64,000 nt of DNA from Sphyrna mokarran (taxonomy: Eukaryota): contig JAGIQG010000043.1 in the NCBI GenBank assembly GCA_024679065.1, forward strand, positions 930,001-994,000. Reading direction: 5' to 3'. Made by a program: the position numbers and the translations under genes. Shown piece after piece: positions 13,155 to 26,100 of this stretch (within the stretch, counting starts at the first letter, position 1; every line of letters starts with the position of its first letter). The notes below the pieces were generated by a model. It was not told the origin of the DNA. It was given only the letters and a program-made list of their open reading frames with translations, and searched no databases.

Positions 13155-13610
13155 AGAACATTAGAACATAAGAAATAGCAGCAGCAGTAGACCATCTAGC
13201 CCTACGAGCCTGCCCCGCCATTCTATAAGATCATGACTGATTTGAAGTGGATAAATTCCACTTTCCCACTTTCTTCCCAACATCTGTAATTTCCTTGTCT
13301 ATTAGAAATCTATCCACCCGTGACTTAAATATATTCAACGAGGTAGTCTCCATCACTTCAATGGGAAGAGAATTCCAGAGGTTCACCACCCTTTGAGTGA
13401 AAAAATTCTTCCTCCACTCCGTTCTAAACCGCCCCCCCCCCTATTTTTGAGACTGCGCCGTCTAGTTCGGTTTTCCTTTCTATATGGGAAGAATCTCTCT
13501 ACCTCTACCCTATGTAGCCCCTTCATTATTGTATATGTCTCTACAAGTTCCTCTCTCAGCCTTCTAAACTCCAACGAGTACAGACCCAGTTTATTCAATC
13601 TCTCTTCGTG
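13155..13610 (-). mobile_element. Older CR1 3' fragment
   Basis: YEERLNKLGLYSLEFRRLR-like translation. Confidence 0.75.
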
Positions 13611-13769
13611 GTAGTGGAGGCAGAGCAGTACAAGTAAATCACTGATTTCCAGAGTGGGCAAGAAAAAGAAAACTGGAATTGCAATCTATGCCAGATCATA
13701 CAAAAATTAAACTAAATAAATAAATAAACATTATGACTTCTGACTAGCATAGATGAATCAGGAAAATGC

Positions 13770-14730
13770 CTTACTACCGAAGGACGTGGAGACTTTGGAG
13801 AGAGTGCAGAAGAGGATGCTGCCTGGTATGGAAGGTCTGAGTTACGAGGAGAGGTTGGGCAAATTGGGGCTGTTTTCCTTGGAAAGACTTAGACTTAGAG
13901 GAGATCGAATAGAGGTGTACAAGATTATGAGGGGTATAGGTAGAGTAAACAGGGTTAAGCTAGTTCCGAGGATGGACTCAAATAGCACGAGGGATCACGG
14001 GCTTCGGCTGAGGGAGGTAAGATGTAATTTGGATACTAGGGGGAGTTTTTCACACAGAAGGTGGTGGGTGTATGGAACGCGCTGCCAATTAAAGTGGTGG
14101 AGGCAGGTACTCTGGAGTTACGTGAGAGATACTTGAATGGGCACATGAACAGAATGGGAATGATGAGATACAGAAAACTGATTTAAAATAAGGATCATGA
14201 GTCTTGGAAGTTCCCTGGGAAGAGTGTAAACTGTCGCTGATAGTGATGTATTTGTTTCATCCTACAGGTACTTTGGTCCACATTATTGTCTAACAACGGG
14301 CATATACGCGATGGGTCATGAGAGGTCTGCTCTTGGATTTTCTATTCAGAGTATCCTAGTGCTTCACGTCGGTAGTGTACGCTTGACCTGGACTATTTGA
14401 TGGGCAACATGACAGCTCAGTGACTATCGCTGTGCTGTGCAGATACATGGATTTGGGCCTGTGTCAGTGGGAGTTTGCGCATTCTCCTCGTGCTTGCGTG
14501 AGTTTTCTCCGGGTGCTCCGGTTTCCTCCCACTTCCGAAAGATGTGCTCTTAGGCTGATTGGCAGAACAAAATTTCCATAATTTGTCTCAATTTTGGTTC
14601 AAATGCATAGATCTATAAACATAGACAGGATCATGGGTAAAAGTGGGAACATCGAGGTAGCGGCACGTGCTTGTTGGGCTGAAGGGCCTGTTTTCCGTGC
14701 CGTTTTGTTCTTTGTTCTTTGATCTTTTGT
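13770..14730 (+). mobile_element. Chimeric CR1 with V-SINE-containing 3' UTR, copy 1
   Basis: ORF2 end, unique spacer, V-SINE core (gtttgcgcattctcc..gggtgctccggtttcctcccac), stem-loop and (GTTCTTT)n tail. Confidence 0.85.
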
Positions 14731-16139
14731 TTCCGTATTTCAGTGTGGCCGAACAAGCAATTTCAGAATGGTTGAGTGTGGTCACAGTCAGCGAAGTGGA
14801 GGGGCATGTTCAGCTCATCAATCCTGTTCCCTCTTATATTCACATAGTGCCTGATCTGTGTTTTCACTTTAGCTTCCCGGCTTGGTCCAGTAACTATCAC
14901 TCAGACCCACAACAAAAAATCAATTTCCATATTTTCAATTTCCATCAGCTATCAACTGGAGGAGTTCCAGCTTTGTGAAAAGAAAACCCGTGCTACCTTG
15001 TCTTTATTGCATTACCACGGAATTTGCCCAAGTGACCTGAAGTCACGAAGAGGATAATATTGAGATATCACATCTGGGTGGGTATTGAGTTTCTTTTCAG
15101 CCAATATTTCGCATTCCTTGCTTTCAAAGCGCTGGTGCCAAGCTTGCAACATGGCTTTACTCACAACTGGTTCTGATTTGCTTCAGTCCAAATGTCTTCA
15201 ACCAACCTATGTCAGCATATTGCAATGTCTTTTTCATTCTCAAATGGTCAACGTAAATCATTGGAAATTGATATTAGAATTACTGAGTTTTACTAAAGAG
15301 GGACTAAGTGATTTGCTCCAAACAGATTTCTGTTTCGTTCAACATTCCACAGTAATAGCTGAACCTGCTATAGAACAGCAACAGTGCTTGATTTGGAAAT
15401 GTCTCAGGACTCAAACATCTTAAAGTGAAAATATAATTTAACTTAACAAATATAATGAAGATACATTCGCCCTGATATCATTTAAAGTCACTCATTAAGA
15501 CTTTACTGCAATGCATTCTCTGATCTTGAACAGGGAAATTGAAAAGGGGAATTTAGATACGTCAACATAAATCCCCATTTTCCTCAGTATTGATGGATAG
15601 AACAAATGTCATTGTCAGTGAAAACAAAATCAGAAAATTACAGACAATTGAGTTTAACTCAGTGATAGGGAAATTGTAGGAAAAAATCTGAGGCACAGAA
15701 TTAATCTCCATTCGGGGAGGGAAGTATTAATGAGGAATAATCTTCATGGCTTTTTTAAAGGTAAATCATGCCATACTAATTCAACTAAACTGTTCGAGGA
15801 GGTAATTAGTTGTGTAGATACGGGCAGTGTACGTGACGTGGTCGACATGGACTTCAGAAAGGATGTTGAGCAGGTCCCTCATGGGCGGCTGATGAAGAAG
15901 TGAGAGCCCATGGGATCCAGTCGATTTTGCAAACTGGATCTAAAATTATTTTAGTGGCAGGAGGCACCGCCCGATGGTCGAAAGTTATATTTGTGACTGA
16001 AAGTTTGTGTGCAGTGGGATTCAACTGGAATATATGCTGGGTTCTTTTCTGCTTGTAGTATACTCAAATGATCTAGGTGTATGATCAATAACTTCGTTAA
16101 TGACACAATCATTGGCGGTATGCAAATAGAAAAGCCTTA

Positions 16140-19012
16140 GGCTGGAGCAGGGGATCCGTTTCCTGGATCACAGGGACCTCTTTAGGGGCAGGTGTGACCT
16201 GTACAATAAAGACGGGTGGCACTTAAATCCCAGGGGGACCAGTATCTTGGCGGGAAGGCTGGATAGGACTTCAGAAAGGGGCTTTAACCTAGAAAGGTTG
16301 GGGGGAGGGAATGGAGATGAGGTGACTGGGAGCGAGGAGGTTAGCTCCCAAGTAGAGCATAGTTACAGACAGTATGAGAGGGAAGTTAGACAGGTGATGG
16401 AAAAGGGAAGCGGCCAGACTGAGGTGTGAGGTATGAGGTATATCTATTTTAATGCCAGGAGTGCAGTGAATAAAGTGGATGAGCTCAGGACCTGGATTGC
16501 TGCTTGGAAATGTGATGCGGTGGCTGTTACAGGGACTTGGATGTTTCAGTGACAGCACTGGGTACTTCAGGTGCCAGGATTTAGATGCTTCAGGAAGGAC
16601 AGGGAAGGAGGTAGAAGAAGTGGGGTAGTGGCACTGTTGATCAAAGACAGTGTCACAGCTGTAGAAAAGGAGGATGCCGTGGAGGGACTGTGGACGGAGT
16701 CTCTGTGGATGGAAGTTAGGAGCAGCGAGGGGTCGAAAACTTTGCTGGGTGTTTTTTTTTTATAGACCGCCCAATAGTGACAGGGATGTGGAAGTGCAGA
16801 TAGGGAAACAAATCCTAGAGAGATGTAGAAATAGCAGAATTAGAGGGAATAACAGGAGTAGAGGGAAATATGAAATCATTGGGCAGGAAATTGGAAGAGT
16901 AAACTGAAAGGAGGTGTTCTTGGGGAAAGTACTGAAGGAAGGTGGCATATTTTCAAGGAATGTTTGTCTGGAGTTCTGCACGACTATGTTCTGGTGAGAC
17001 AAGGAAGTTTTGGTAGGTTAAGAGAATCTGGTGCACAAAGGTTTTGATGAACCTAGTTAGGAAGAAAAGAAAGTTGTGCAATAGGTTCAGGGAGCTAGAG
17101 GATGTTGAGGACCTAGAGGCATATAAGATTTGTAAAAGGGAGCTTAAAAAGGAAATTAGAAGAGCCAGAAAGGGTCCCGAGAAGGCTTTGGCGGGTAGGA
17201 TTCAGGAGAATCCCAAGGCATTCAATAAGTATGTGAAGAGTAAAAGGATGAGAAGAGAGAGGACAGGACCAATAAAGAGTGAAGGAGGAAAAGTCTGTGT
17301 GGAAGCAGAAGAAATGGCAGAGGTGCTTAACAAGTACTTTGCTTCAGTATTCACAGTGGAGAGTGATCTGGGGGGTTGTACTACAGGAATGCGGCAAACT
17401 GAAAAGATTGAGTATGTGGACATTAAGAAAGAGGAGGTGTTGGAACTGTTAAATTCTATCAAGGTAGATAAGTCGCCGGATCCGGATAGATGTACCCCAG
17501 GTTAATGTGGGAGGTAATGGAAGTGATTGCAGAGCCCCTGGCGATGATCTTTGCATCGTTGATAGAAACGGGAAAGGTTCCAGAAGATTGGAGGATTGCG
17601 GATGTGGTGCCTATTTTCAACAAGGGGAATAGGGATATCCAGGGCAATTACCGACCAGTGTCAGTAAGTTGATGGAGAGGATTCTGAGAGATAGGATTTA
17701 TGAGTATTTTAAAAAATTCAATATGATCAGGAATAGTCAACATGACTTTGTTAAGGGCAGAATCGTGCCTTATGAGCCTAGTTGAATTCTTTGAAAATGT
17801 GACTGAACACATTGGCGAAGGAAGAGCAGTGGGCGTGGTTTACATGGATTTCAGCTAGGCGTTTGATAAGGTCCCCCATGCAAGATTTGTTGAGAAGGTG
17901 AGAGGGCATGAGATCCAAGGAGCTTTGGCCTTGTGGATCTAGAACTGGCTTGCCTGCAGAAGGCAGAGAGTAGTTGTGGATGGGTCTTCTTCTGCATGGA
18001 GGTCAGTCAGCAGTGGAGTGCCCCAGGGATCTGTTGTAGGACCCTTGGTGTTTGTAATTTTCATAAATGACCTGAATGAGGAAGTGGAGGGATGGGTTAG
18101 TAAGTTTGCTGACGATACGAAGGTTGCTGTGTTGTGGATTGCCTGGAGGGATGCCTGAAGTTGCAGCGATACATAAATAGGATGCAAGCCTGGGCGGAGA
18201 AGTGGCAGATGGACTTCAACGCAGATAAACGTGCAGTGGTCCATTATGGCAGGAACAATGTGATGAACCAGTATAATATCAAGCGTAGGAGTCTTTGCAG
18301 TGTTGAGGAGCAGAAGGATCTTGGGGTCCGGGTCCATAGGTCTCTTAAATCTGCCCTGCAAGTGGAGGATGTGATCAAGAAGGCATGTGGTGTACTGACC
18401 TTCATTAATACAGGAAATGAATTTAGGACTTGGGGGTAATGCTGCAACTTTATATTACCCTTGTCAGACCCCACTTGTAGTATTGTGTGCAGTTCTGGTC
18501 GCTTCACTATAGGAAGGATGTGGAAGCTATTGGGAGAGTGCAGAGAAGATTTACAAAAATTTTGCCTGGATTGAGGGGCATGCCTTATGAAGATAGGTTG
18601 AGAGAGCTAGGTCTCTTCTCTCTGGAGAGACGAAGGTTGAGAGGCAACCCGATAGAGGTTTATAAGCTGTTGAGAGGAATAGATAGAGTGGATTCTCGGA
18701 GGCTATTTCCAAGGGCTGAAATGGTCGCTACGAGAGGACACAGGTTCAAGATGCTGGAGGGGCAAGTACAGAGGAGATGTTAGAGGTAAGTTTTTCACTC
18801 AGAGGGTGGTGAGTGAATGGAATCGGTTTCCATCAGTGGTGGTAGAGGCGAAGTCGCTGGGGTCTTTTAAGAGACTTTTGGCTGAGTACATGGGATGTAA
18901 TGGGATTGGGAGTTTCAGACAGGTCTATGGCCTGGTAAGTATAGATTTGATCAGCACAACTTGTGGGCCGAAGGGCCTGTTTGTGCTGAATGTTCTATGT
19001 TATATGTTCTAT
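16140..19012 (+). mobile_element. Degraded long CR1 (end of ORF1, endonuclease with internal deletion, RT, tail)
   Basis: Many frameshifted ORF fragments collinear with the 51248 element. Confidence 0.9.
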
Positions 19013-19713
19013 TACAGGATGGTGTAGAAGGACTGGCTAGATGGCCAAACCAATGACAAACTGAATTTTTGCGTGGTACTGATAGGATTGATAGAAAGGA
19101 TTTTTTTTTACTAGAGCAGAGGGGTAATGCACAGCCTGGAACATTGATTTAAGCTAAAGAGCTTGAAGTTTACAGCAGATGGGATGAAAATGATTTCCAC
19201 TCAGATGGTAGTAAGAACATGGAAGTCATTGCCTGAATGGGGTAACGTTGGAAAATCTCACGACATTTAAGAAGCATTGAGATGAACTCTTCAAACGCCT
19301 GAGCATGAAAGACTATTGAGTTTGTGGCATGTGAGTTTCTGGATTAATACCAATTTATATAAATCAGGACAGAGCTGGCGACGAAATGACAAGGATTGAT
19401 AAGAAGATCCAGACGCTGCAGAGCGCAAATCGAAATTCATTACTTCTTCCATAACATTTCACTCATCCTATTACTTTGAAATATACAGTTTATGTTAAAA
19501 GCAAACGCTGTGTACAATTTCACTGTGTACAATTGTAACAAACACTGGAAATTCCATGCATTACAATCTGGGCCCATCTCTCATTGAATTCCAATTTGAC
19601 AAATATTCAAACTTCTCACACCTGAAGCATTGGCAAACATCTGAATACTGGACTGAGTGAGTGTCAGTTCAATAGAAATTGCCGCATCAATAAATGTTAC
19701 ATTTAGTTATAAG

Positions 19714-19719
19714 TTTATT
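19714..19719 (-). terminator. Candidate polyadenylation signal of gene B
   Basis: AATAAA on the minus strand (tttatt) about 350 nt downstream of the stop codon. Confidence 0.35.
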
Positions 19720-20071
19720 ATTGATCAAGATCAAGACATCGTTGTAAAGTTAGAATCATTAATTGGTATTCACATGTTGACATTTACAACGAGAAGTGGT
19801 ACAGCTTATGTGATCAACTTGAGTAATACGATCAGCAGAAAATTTTAAGAGAAACTCAGGAAAGTCTCTCAGCATTGCTCGAAGTTTTGTCTACAGCTGA
19901 AGGACACCATTCAGCTGAAATATCCTAAAATCAATTTCCAAGCATTTACAGTAAATGTCAATGATTGGCGGATCCGCGGAGAAAGTATAACTGTTTGAAG
20001 GGAATCTCATTGGTTCCATGGTTACCTCCATGAGACTGCGAAATTTCGGGAAATTCTGCCCCCTTCATAAA

Positions 20072-20161
20072 TCATGGTTTGGATTCTTTTTTTCGATCCG
20101 ACTTCTTTTTTGATTTCTTTTCCAAGGCGGCCAAATCCAGGGAGGCGTAGGTAGGTCCACT
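20072..20161 (-). CDS. Gene B terminal exon with YxxL motif
   Basis: gtttcag| acceptor, phase 0; [29 protein letters not shown]. Confidence 0.72.
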   Translation of the reverse strand, partial: SGPTYASLDLAALEKKSKKKSDRKKESKP

Positions 20162-23100
20162 CTGAAACATTCACAAATCAGAGAATGATCAAGGAGAGCA
20201 ATAGATTCCCGAAAGTGCAGAAGGAGGCGTTCGGCCCATAAATAATTAAGATGATACCAAAACTCAAAAGCGGTACATAAAATCATAAAATGCTACTGTT
20301 TAGATGGAAACTATTCGGCCCAATGAATCCATGTTGGATCTTTGAAAGAGCAATCCACTTTTAATTCATCCGTGGGACGTGGGCATCGTTAGCTTTGCGC
20401 ATTCTTAGTTGTCCTTATTTAGCCACAACCATAATGTTGTGGCTCTGAAGTTGCGTGTCGTCCAGACTAGATATGAATGACATATTTACATCCTGAAGAA
20501 CAATAATGTACCACGTGATTTTCTGATACTTGTTTCTCGTTCATCAGTGGATTCTTAAGATAAGTTTATGGACGAAAAGGGAATGATCTAGGTTAGAAGT
20601 TCATTGCTTTTTCCTAATTGGTCGGCGCAACATTGAAGGCCGAAGGGTCTGTTCTGCGCTGTCATGTTCTATGTTCTATGTTCTATAAATTCCGCCCTCT
20701 GTTGTTGCTAGATTGGAACAGAATCCTCAAAACATTCAGCTGAATAATCTGCTAACGATGAGACCGCAAGGCCATCGCATCCCATTTAATCCAAACTTCA
20801 CTTCAGTTTTCTTCATAATTCTCGGCAATGTTCTTTCAAACAAAAACAGTTTTCCAATTTCTTTTCAATGTGTTTGTTTAGACACTTCTGGTGGCCTCTA
20901 AATCAATTGCAAAATTAATGGCTTAATGCATCTGTGGAAGAATTAGCCCATAATGTGCCCATCGTGCGTGGCACTGTTGCATAGGGGGTAGCACTGCTAT
21001 TTCAAGCTCCAGGGACCTGGGGTCGATTCCCACTCTGGTCACTGTCTGTGTGGAGTTTGCACATTCTCCCCGAGTCTGCGTGTGTTTCCTCTAGCTGTTC
21101 CCGTTTCCTCTGACAGACTAAAGATATGCGGGTGAGGTGAGAAGGATTGGCGGGTAAATATGTAGACATACTGGGATATGGCCCGGGCAGGATTGTTGTC
21201 AGTGCAAACTCTATGGGCCGAATGGCCTCTTTCTGCACTGTTGGATTTCTATGGTTTACCATAAGACACAGAAGCAGAAGTTGGCCGTTCTGCCCATCAA
21301 GTCTGTTCCACTATTCAATGAGCTCATGAGTGCTCCGATATGACAGCTGTCTACTCCACTTTCTGACGTTATGTGCATAACGCTTGATTTCCTTATTTAT
21401 TAAGAACCTATCTCAGCCTTGACCATTCTTAACGACCCAGCGTCAAAGACTGCAATTGACTGAAGGAACGTAATCATAGAGAAGCAGAATTTGGAATGCG
21501 ACTTACACATAAAATGTTTATGACTATCAATTGATTACTATTCAACAGCCAATCCGATTACTATATTTCGATATGTGTTATGTTCAAGATTCCCTGGTGA
21601 GCGTCTCAGAATCTATCGCATCAAGCCCTTCGAGAATCATACATCGTATCACTATCTACTGTGTTAAGCCCCTTCAGAATCATACATCTTTTGGCTGTCA
21701 AGTCTGCACCAATGCTCGGACGGTGTATCTGAACCAGGCCTCGCCCCATCCTTTGCCTGTATCCCCACATATTTACCATGGCTAACTTAACTAAGCTGTA
21801 AATCTTCGCACTGTGGGAAGCCGGAGCACCCAGAGGAGATCCGTGCAGACATGGTGAAAACTTGTAAACTCCACATAGACAGCCACCCGAGGAATCGAGC
21901 TTCGGCCCCTGGTGTTGCGAGGCAGTAGCACTAACCACTGTGCCACCGTGACGCCCTCAATCTTTGAGTTTTGGGAAGTCCCCGACATTTAAACACAACC
22001 AGCCGCAGCATTGAACAACCAAACAGGAACCACGTGGAAAGAGGCCATTACACCATCATATCTTTGCTGGCCAGACAACTGGCAGTCTCTTCTAATTCCA
22101 GTGTCAGCGCCAAATTTCAGGGTACAACAGTTCACAAATATATTCTGGTTCCCTTTAAATAACTAAAACTTCCTCCATCAAACCAGACAATGAATTCAAA
22201 ATACCAGTTACTGTACAATAACTGTGTAATTCCTGAGCTTCTTCAAAGCCTAATCATTGATTGCCACTTGTTGAAGTTGTATTTACCCATCGAAAGTAGT
22301 AAATTTGGCAGCGCCTTTGCCAACAGTATGATTAAATTAAGGAATAATTCAATAATGAGACAGATGAATTGTCATATTTTTAAATGTTTGTTGAGTGATT
22401 AAATACTGACGGGAACAAGAGACCGAAAACTGAACTACATGAACAGAAGCACTTTCACTCCCATACACTCAGGCACTCTTATAAGTACATACACCAGGAC
22501 TCACCTGATGAACCAGCAGCACTCCAAAAGTTCACGATTGCAAATACATCTATAGGACTTTAATGTGATGCCCACCGAAGTCCAAAGCCGATTATGCTAT
22601 CTCATGATATACAAACACACAGAGACACAAACACACAGAAGCGATTTCGTTCACACACGCTCAGGCACACATGCATAGAAACACAGATGCACATACAAAC
22701 ACACACAGTCACACAAGTATTCATTCATTTATGTATCCCTCAAACACGTAGTGTCTCTCTCTCTCTCTCTGAGTCTCCCCCACAGGCACACACACATTCA
22801 CCCGTTCCGCTCAACGGACACAATTTCTCACCGAGATACACAGAAAGAAAATCTAACAATCTCACAAACACAACCTCTCAAAAACACAGACAAAGAGATA
22901 TGCACAGAATCTCTCAAACACACAGGCTCAAAACGACAATATGTAGAATCCTACGGTACAGCATGAAGTCATTCGGCCCATTCAGTGTGCACCACAATGA
23001 CACCGAAGCCCTATCCCCATAATCTCATTCTCGCAAGTCCGCCTGGCATTAATGATAATTCAGCACAGCCAACCCACCTAATACGCACATCTTTGGGCGG

Positions 23101-26100
23101 TGAGAGGAAACTGAAGCACCCGGAGGAAATCCATGTAGGCCCGGGGAGAATGTGCAAACTTCACAGAGACAGTGACCCAAGCCGAGGATTGAACCCGTGT
23201 CCCTCACACTGTGAAGCAGCATTGTTAACCATTATCTCACTGTGAAGATAATCCCAGCAATTAGTACAATTCCAACTGGGTGCGGGTGGGAGGAAACCTG
23301 GAACTGACGGGGGGAGAACTAGATCCACCGCAAAAATAAATAGAGTCAAACGAAACAAAAATCTGGCAATCAACAATGAAAACTGCTGGAAACCGACAGC
23401 AACGTCTGTCTGATATATTGTAACTGGAACATTAACTCAATCGCTGCACGAACATTTGGAAGAGCCGCAGAGATATGTGTTCTGATTCCAAAGTGTGGGC
23501 GAATGTGGTTTCGTTCACAATTAGATGCTTCAGACCGTGAGCTGCATGCTGATAGCCGCATGAAGTATCCCGGATGGGACATCCTGCAACTTATTCTAAA
23601 ATCCAATTTCCTCAATGGTATTAAATTATTCGTAAAGCGCTTACCTGAACTGCACAGTCTTGTGTTCCATTTCCATATGTTTGGCGATAGTCACCTGTGT
23701 AACGAAGTGGAAGATGTCAATTTAGGAAAGCAGTTAGGAATACAGAGAACGGATATCAGAAAGTTCTGTCTGGCAAAAGTAGGGAAAATCCTAGCATAAT
23801 CGATTTGTATATCAAACAGGAAAAGAATAGGGCCCATTAGGCGCGAAGGCGATAAACTGTGGGTGGAGCCAGAGGACATGGGGCCAGGTGCTAAATGAAA
23901 ACATCACATCCTTTTCCACCCAAGAAAATGAGGACTCTGATCCAGAATTCAGGGACTGTGTGGTTCTGGAGCAAATTGACATTGGGTAAGATAAGCTATT
24001 GGAGGTGTTGGCAGTCTCAAAATTGGATATATCTCCAAGTCCAGCTGATTTACGCCCCCAGCAACATTGGAAGGCAAGAGGGGAGATTGCAGAGGCACTG
24101 GCTCATATTTTTCAATTCCTCACTGGCCATGGGAACTCCCAGAAGAACGACAAATATGGTTGGGTTATTTAGGAAAATGTTTTAGAGATGAACCAGGGAA
24201 CTACAGACAAGTGAGTCTCACATCAGTGGTAGGAAAACAATGAAAGAAGAATCTGAAGGAGAAAAATCTATCGACACTTGGAGAGACAAAGCTTGTGCAG
24301 ATATAGTGAGCATGGCTTCGCCAGAGGGAAGTCATGCCTAACACATCTGATTGAATTTTGTGCGGCTGACCAGGCGTGCAGACGAAGGTAGTGTAGCCGT
24401 TGTAGTTTAGATGCATTTCAGCAAAGCCTTTGACATGGTTCCAAATAGGAGACTTGCAAATATTCAAGGTAATTTGATAAAGTGCATCCAGAATCGGATC
24501 AGTTGCTGGAAACAGCAAGTGACGACAGGAGGATGCTTAGTACCTGGAAGCCAGTGTCCCTTGGTGTACCACAAGGTTCTGTTTCCTACCCAACCCCCAC
24601 TTCCCCCCACCACCACCATATTCCGTCATTTATATAAATGTCACTGGTGTCTATGTGGCGGGTAGAGTTAGTTTACAGAAGTCCAAAGATGTGTAGATTA
24701 GGTGGATGGACCGTGCTCATTTATGCTCACTGCCAGGGGCATTCGCTCTGTAAATGTGCGGCACAACAGGGATAGAGCATGGATGGGATTGGTGTCAAAG
24801 CAGGTTTGATGCGCTGACTGGCCTTCTGCACTGATGAAATATCATAGAACCGTACAGTGCAGAAAGAGGCCCTTCTGCCCATCAAGTCTGCACCGACCAT
24901 AAACCCACCCAGGCCCCACCCCCATATCCCTACATATTTTACCTACTAATGCTTCTAACCTAAGCTTCTTAAGACACTAATGGGCAATTTTAACATGGCC
25001 ATTCAACCTAACCCGCATATCTTCGGACTGTGGGAGGAAACCGGAGCACCTAAAGGAAACCCAAGTAGATACGAGGAGCATGTGTAAACTCCACACAGAA
25101 GTGACCCGAGCCGGGGAATCAAACACAGGTTTCGAGCTGTGAGGCAGCTGTGTTAAGTACTGTGCCATCGTGTCGCCCACTGCAAAGTCCCTATGATTTA
25201 TCTGTTCAACGATATTGAATATTTGCCTTCATTTGGATGTAACTTACCCGTTTGTCTCTCTTTCCGCTGTCCTCTGCGCAATTTTTGTCTCAAGCTAAAA
25301 CTACTTGAGAAAATAAACAAAATGAAACAGGTATTATATCCTGCAAAACCTGGCCGGAAATATTTGAGAGAAAGGGTACTTAATTTTAAAACATGGAAAA
25401 TCTCAGTATGTGCCATAGGAATAAATATTGGTTTTGAACTGCGTTTATTATGATATATATAGAGAGATGAACTTTGAAAATGGCTCAATTATTCACCTTT
25501 CAATACCGGTTCCCTCTGCTCGCTCTCCTGAAACAAGACACTGTGATCAGCAATTTAAAACTACAAGGGGAATTACATGAGATGAACAATAATAATGATA
25601 TCCCTACTTAAAATTATTCCTCACCTGATCTGCTGCTCTTCCAAATACAAATGGAAAGAAGGACAAAGAGGAGAATCGGGACCAACAGGATAATTATGAC
25701 AATGGAATGTTCCAGATTGCACCATCCTATAGAGAGAAAACTATTTCAAATTGCTGCTGGGTCAAATAAATCGTTCCGCGTTTCTAGGACGGGAAGCTGA
25801 ACTCAGACACTCTAATTGTTGCCTCTCGTCATGCTATATTATAACCATAACTGAACAACCAATGGCATTTTTTTCAGATTATCATTGATCAAAACTCAAC
25901 TGGAATCCCCAGTTAAACAGAGTAGGTACAAAAGCAGGTCAGAGGCTGGAAATCCTGAGGAAATTTACCAGGATGTTGCCTGGTATGGAGGGCAGGTCTT
26001 TTGAAGAGAGGCTGAGGGATTTGAGGTTGTTTTCGTTAGAAAGGAGGCGGCTAAGAGGGGACCTAATCGAAACATGATGATTAGAGGTTTAGATAGGGTG

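Noticed and set aside
22594-23022. 142-aa His/Thr-rich ORF
   Set aside because: Translation of a (CA)n low-complexity tract running into a SINE.
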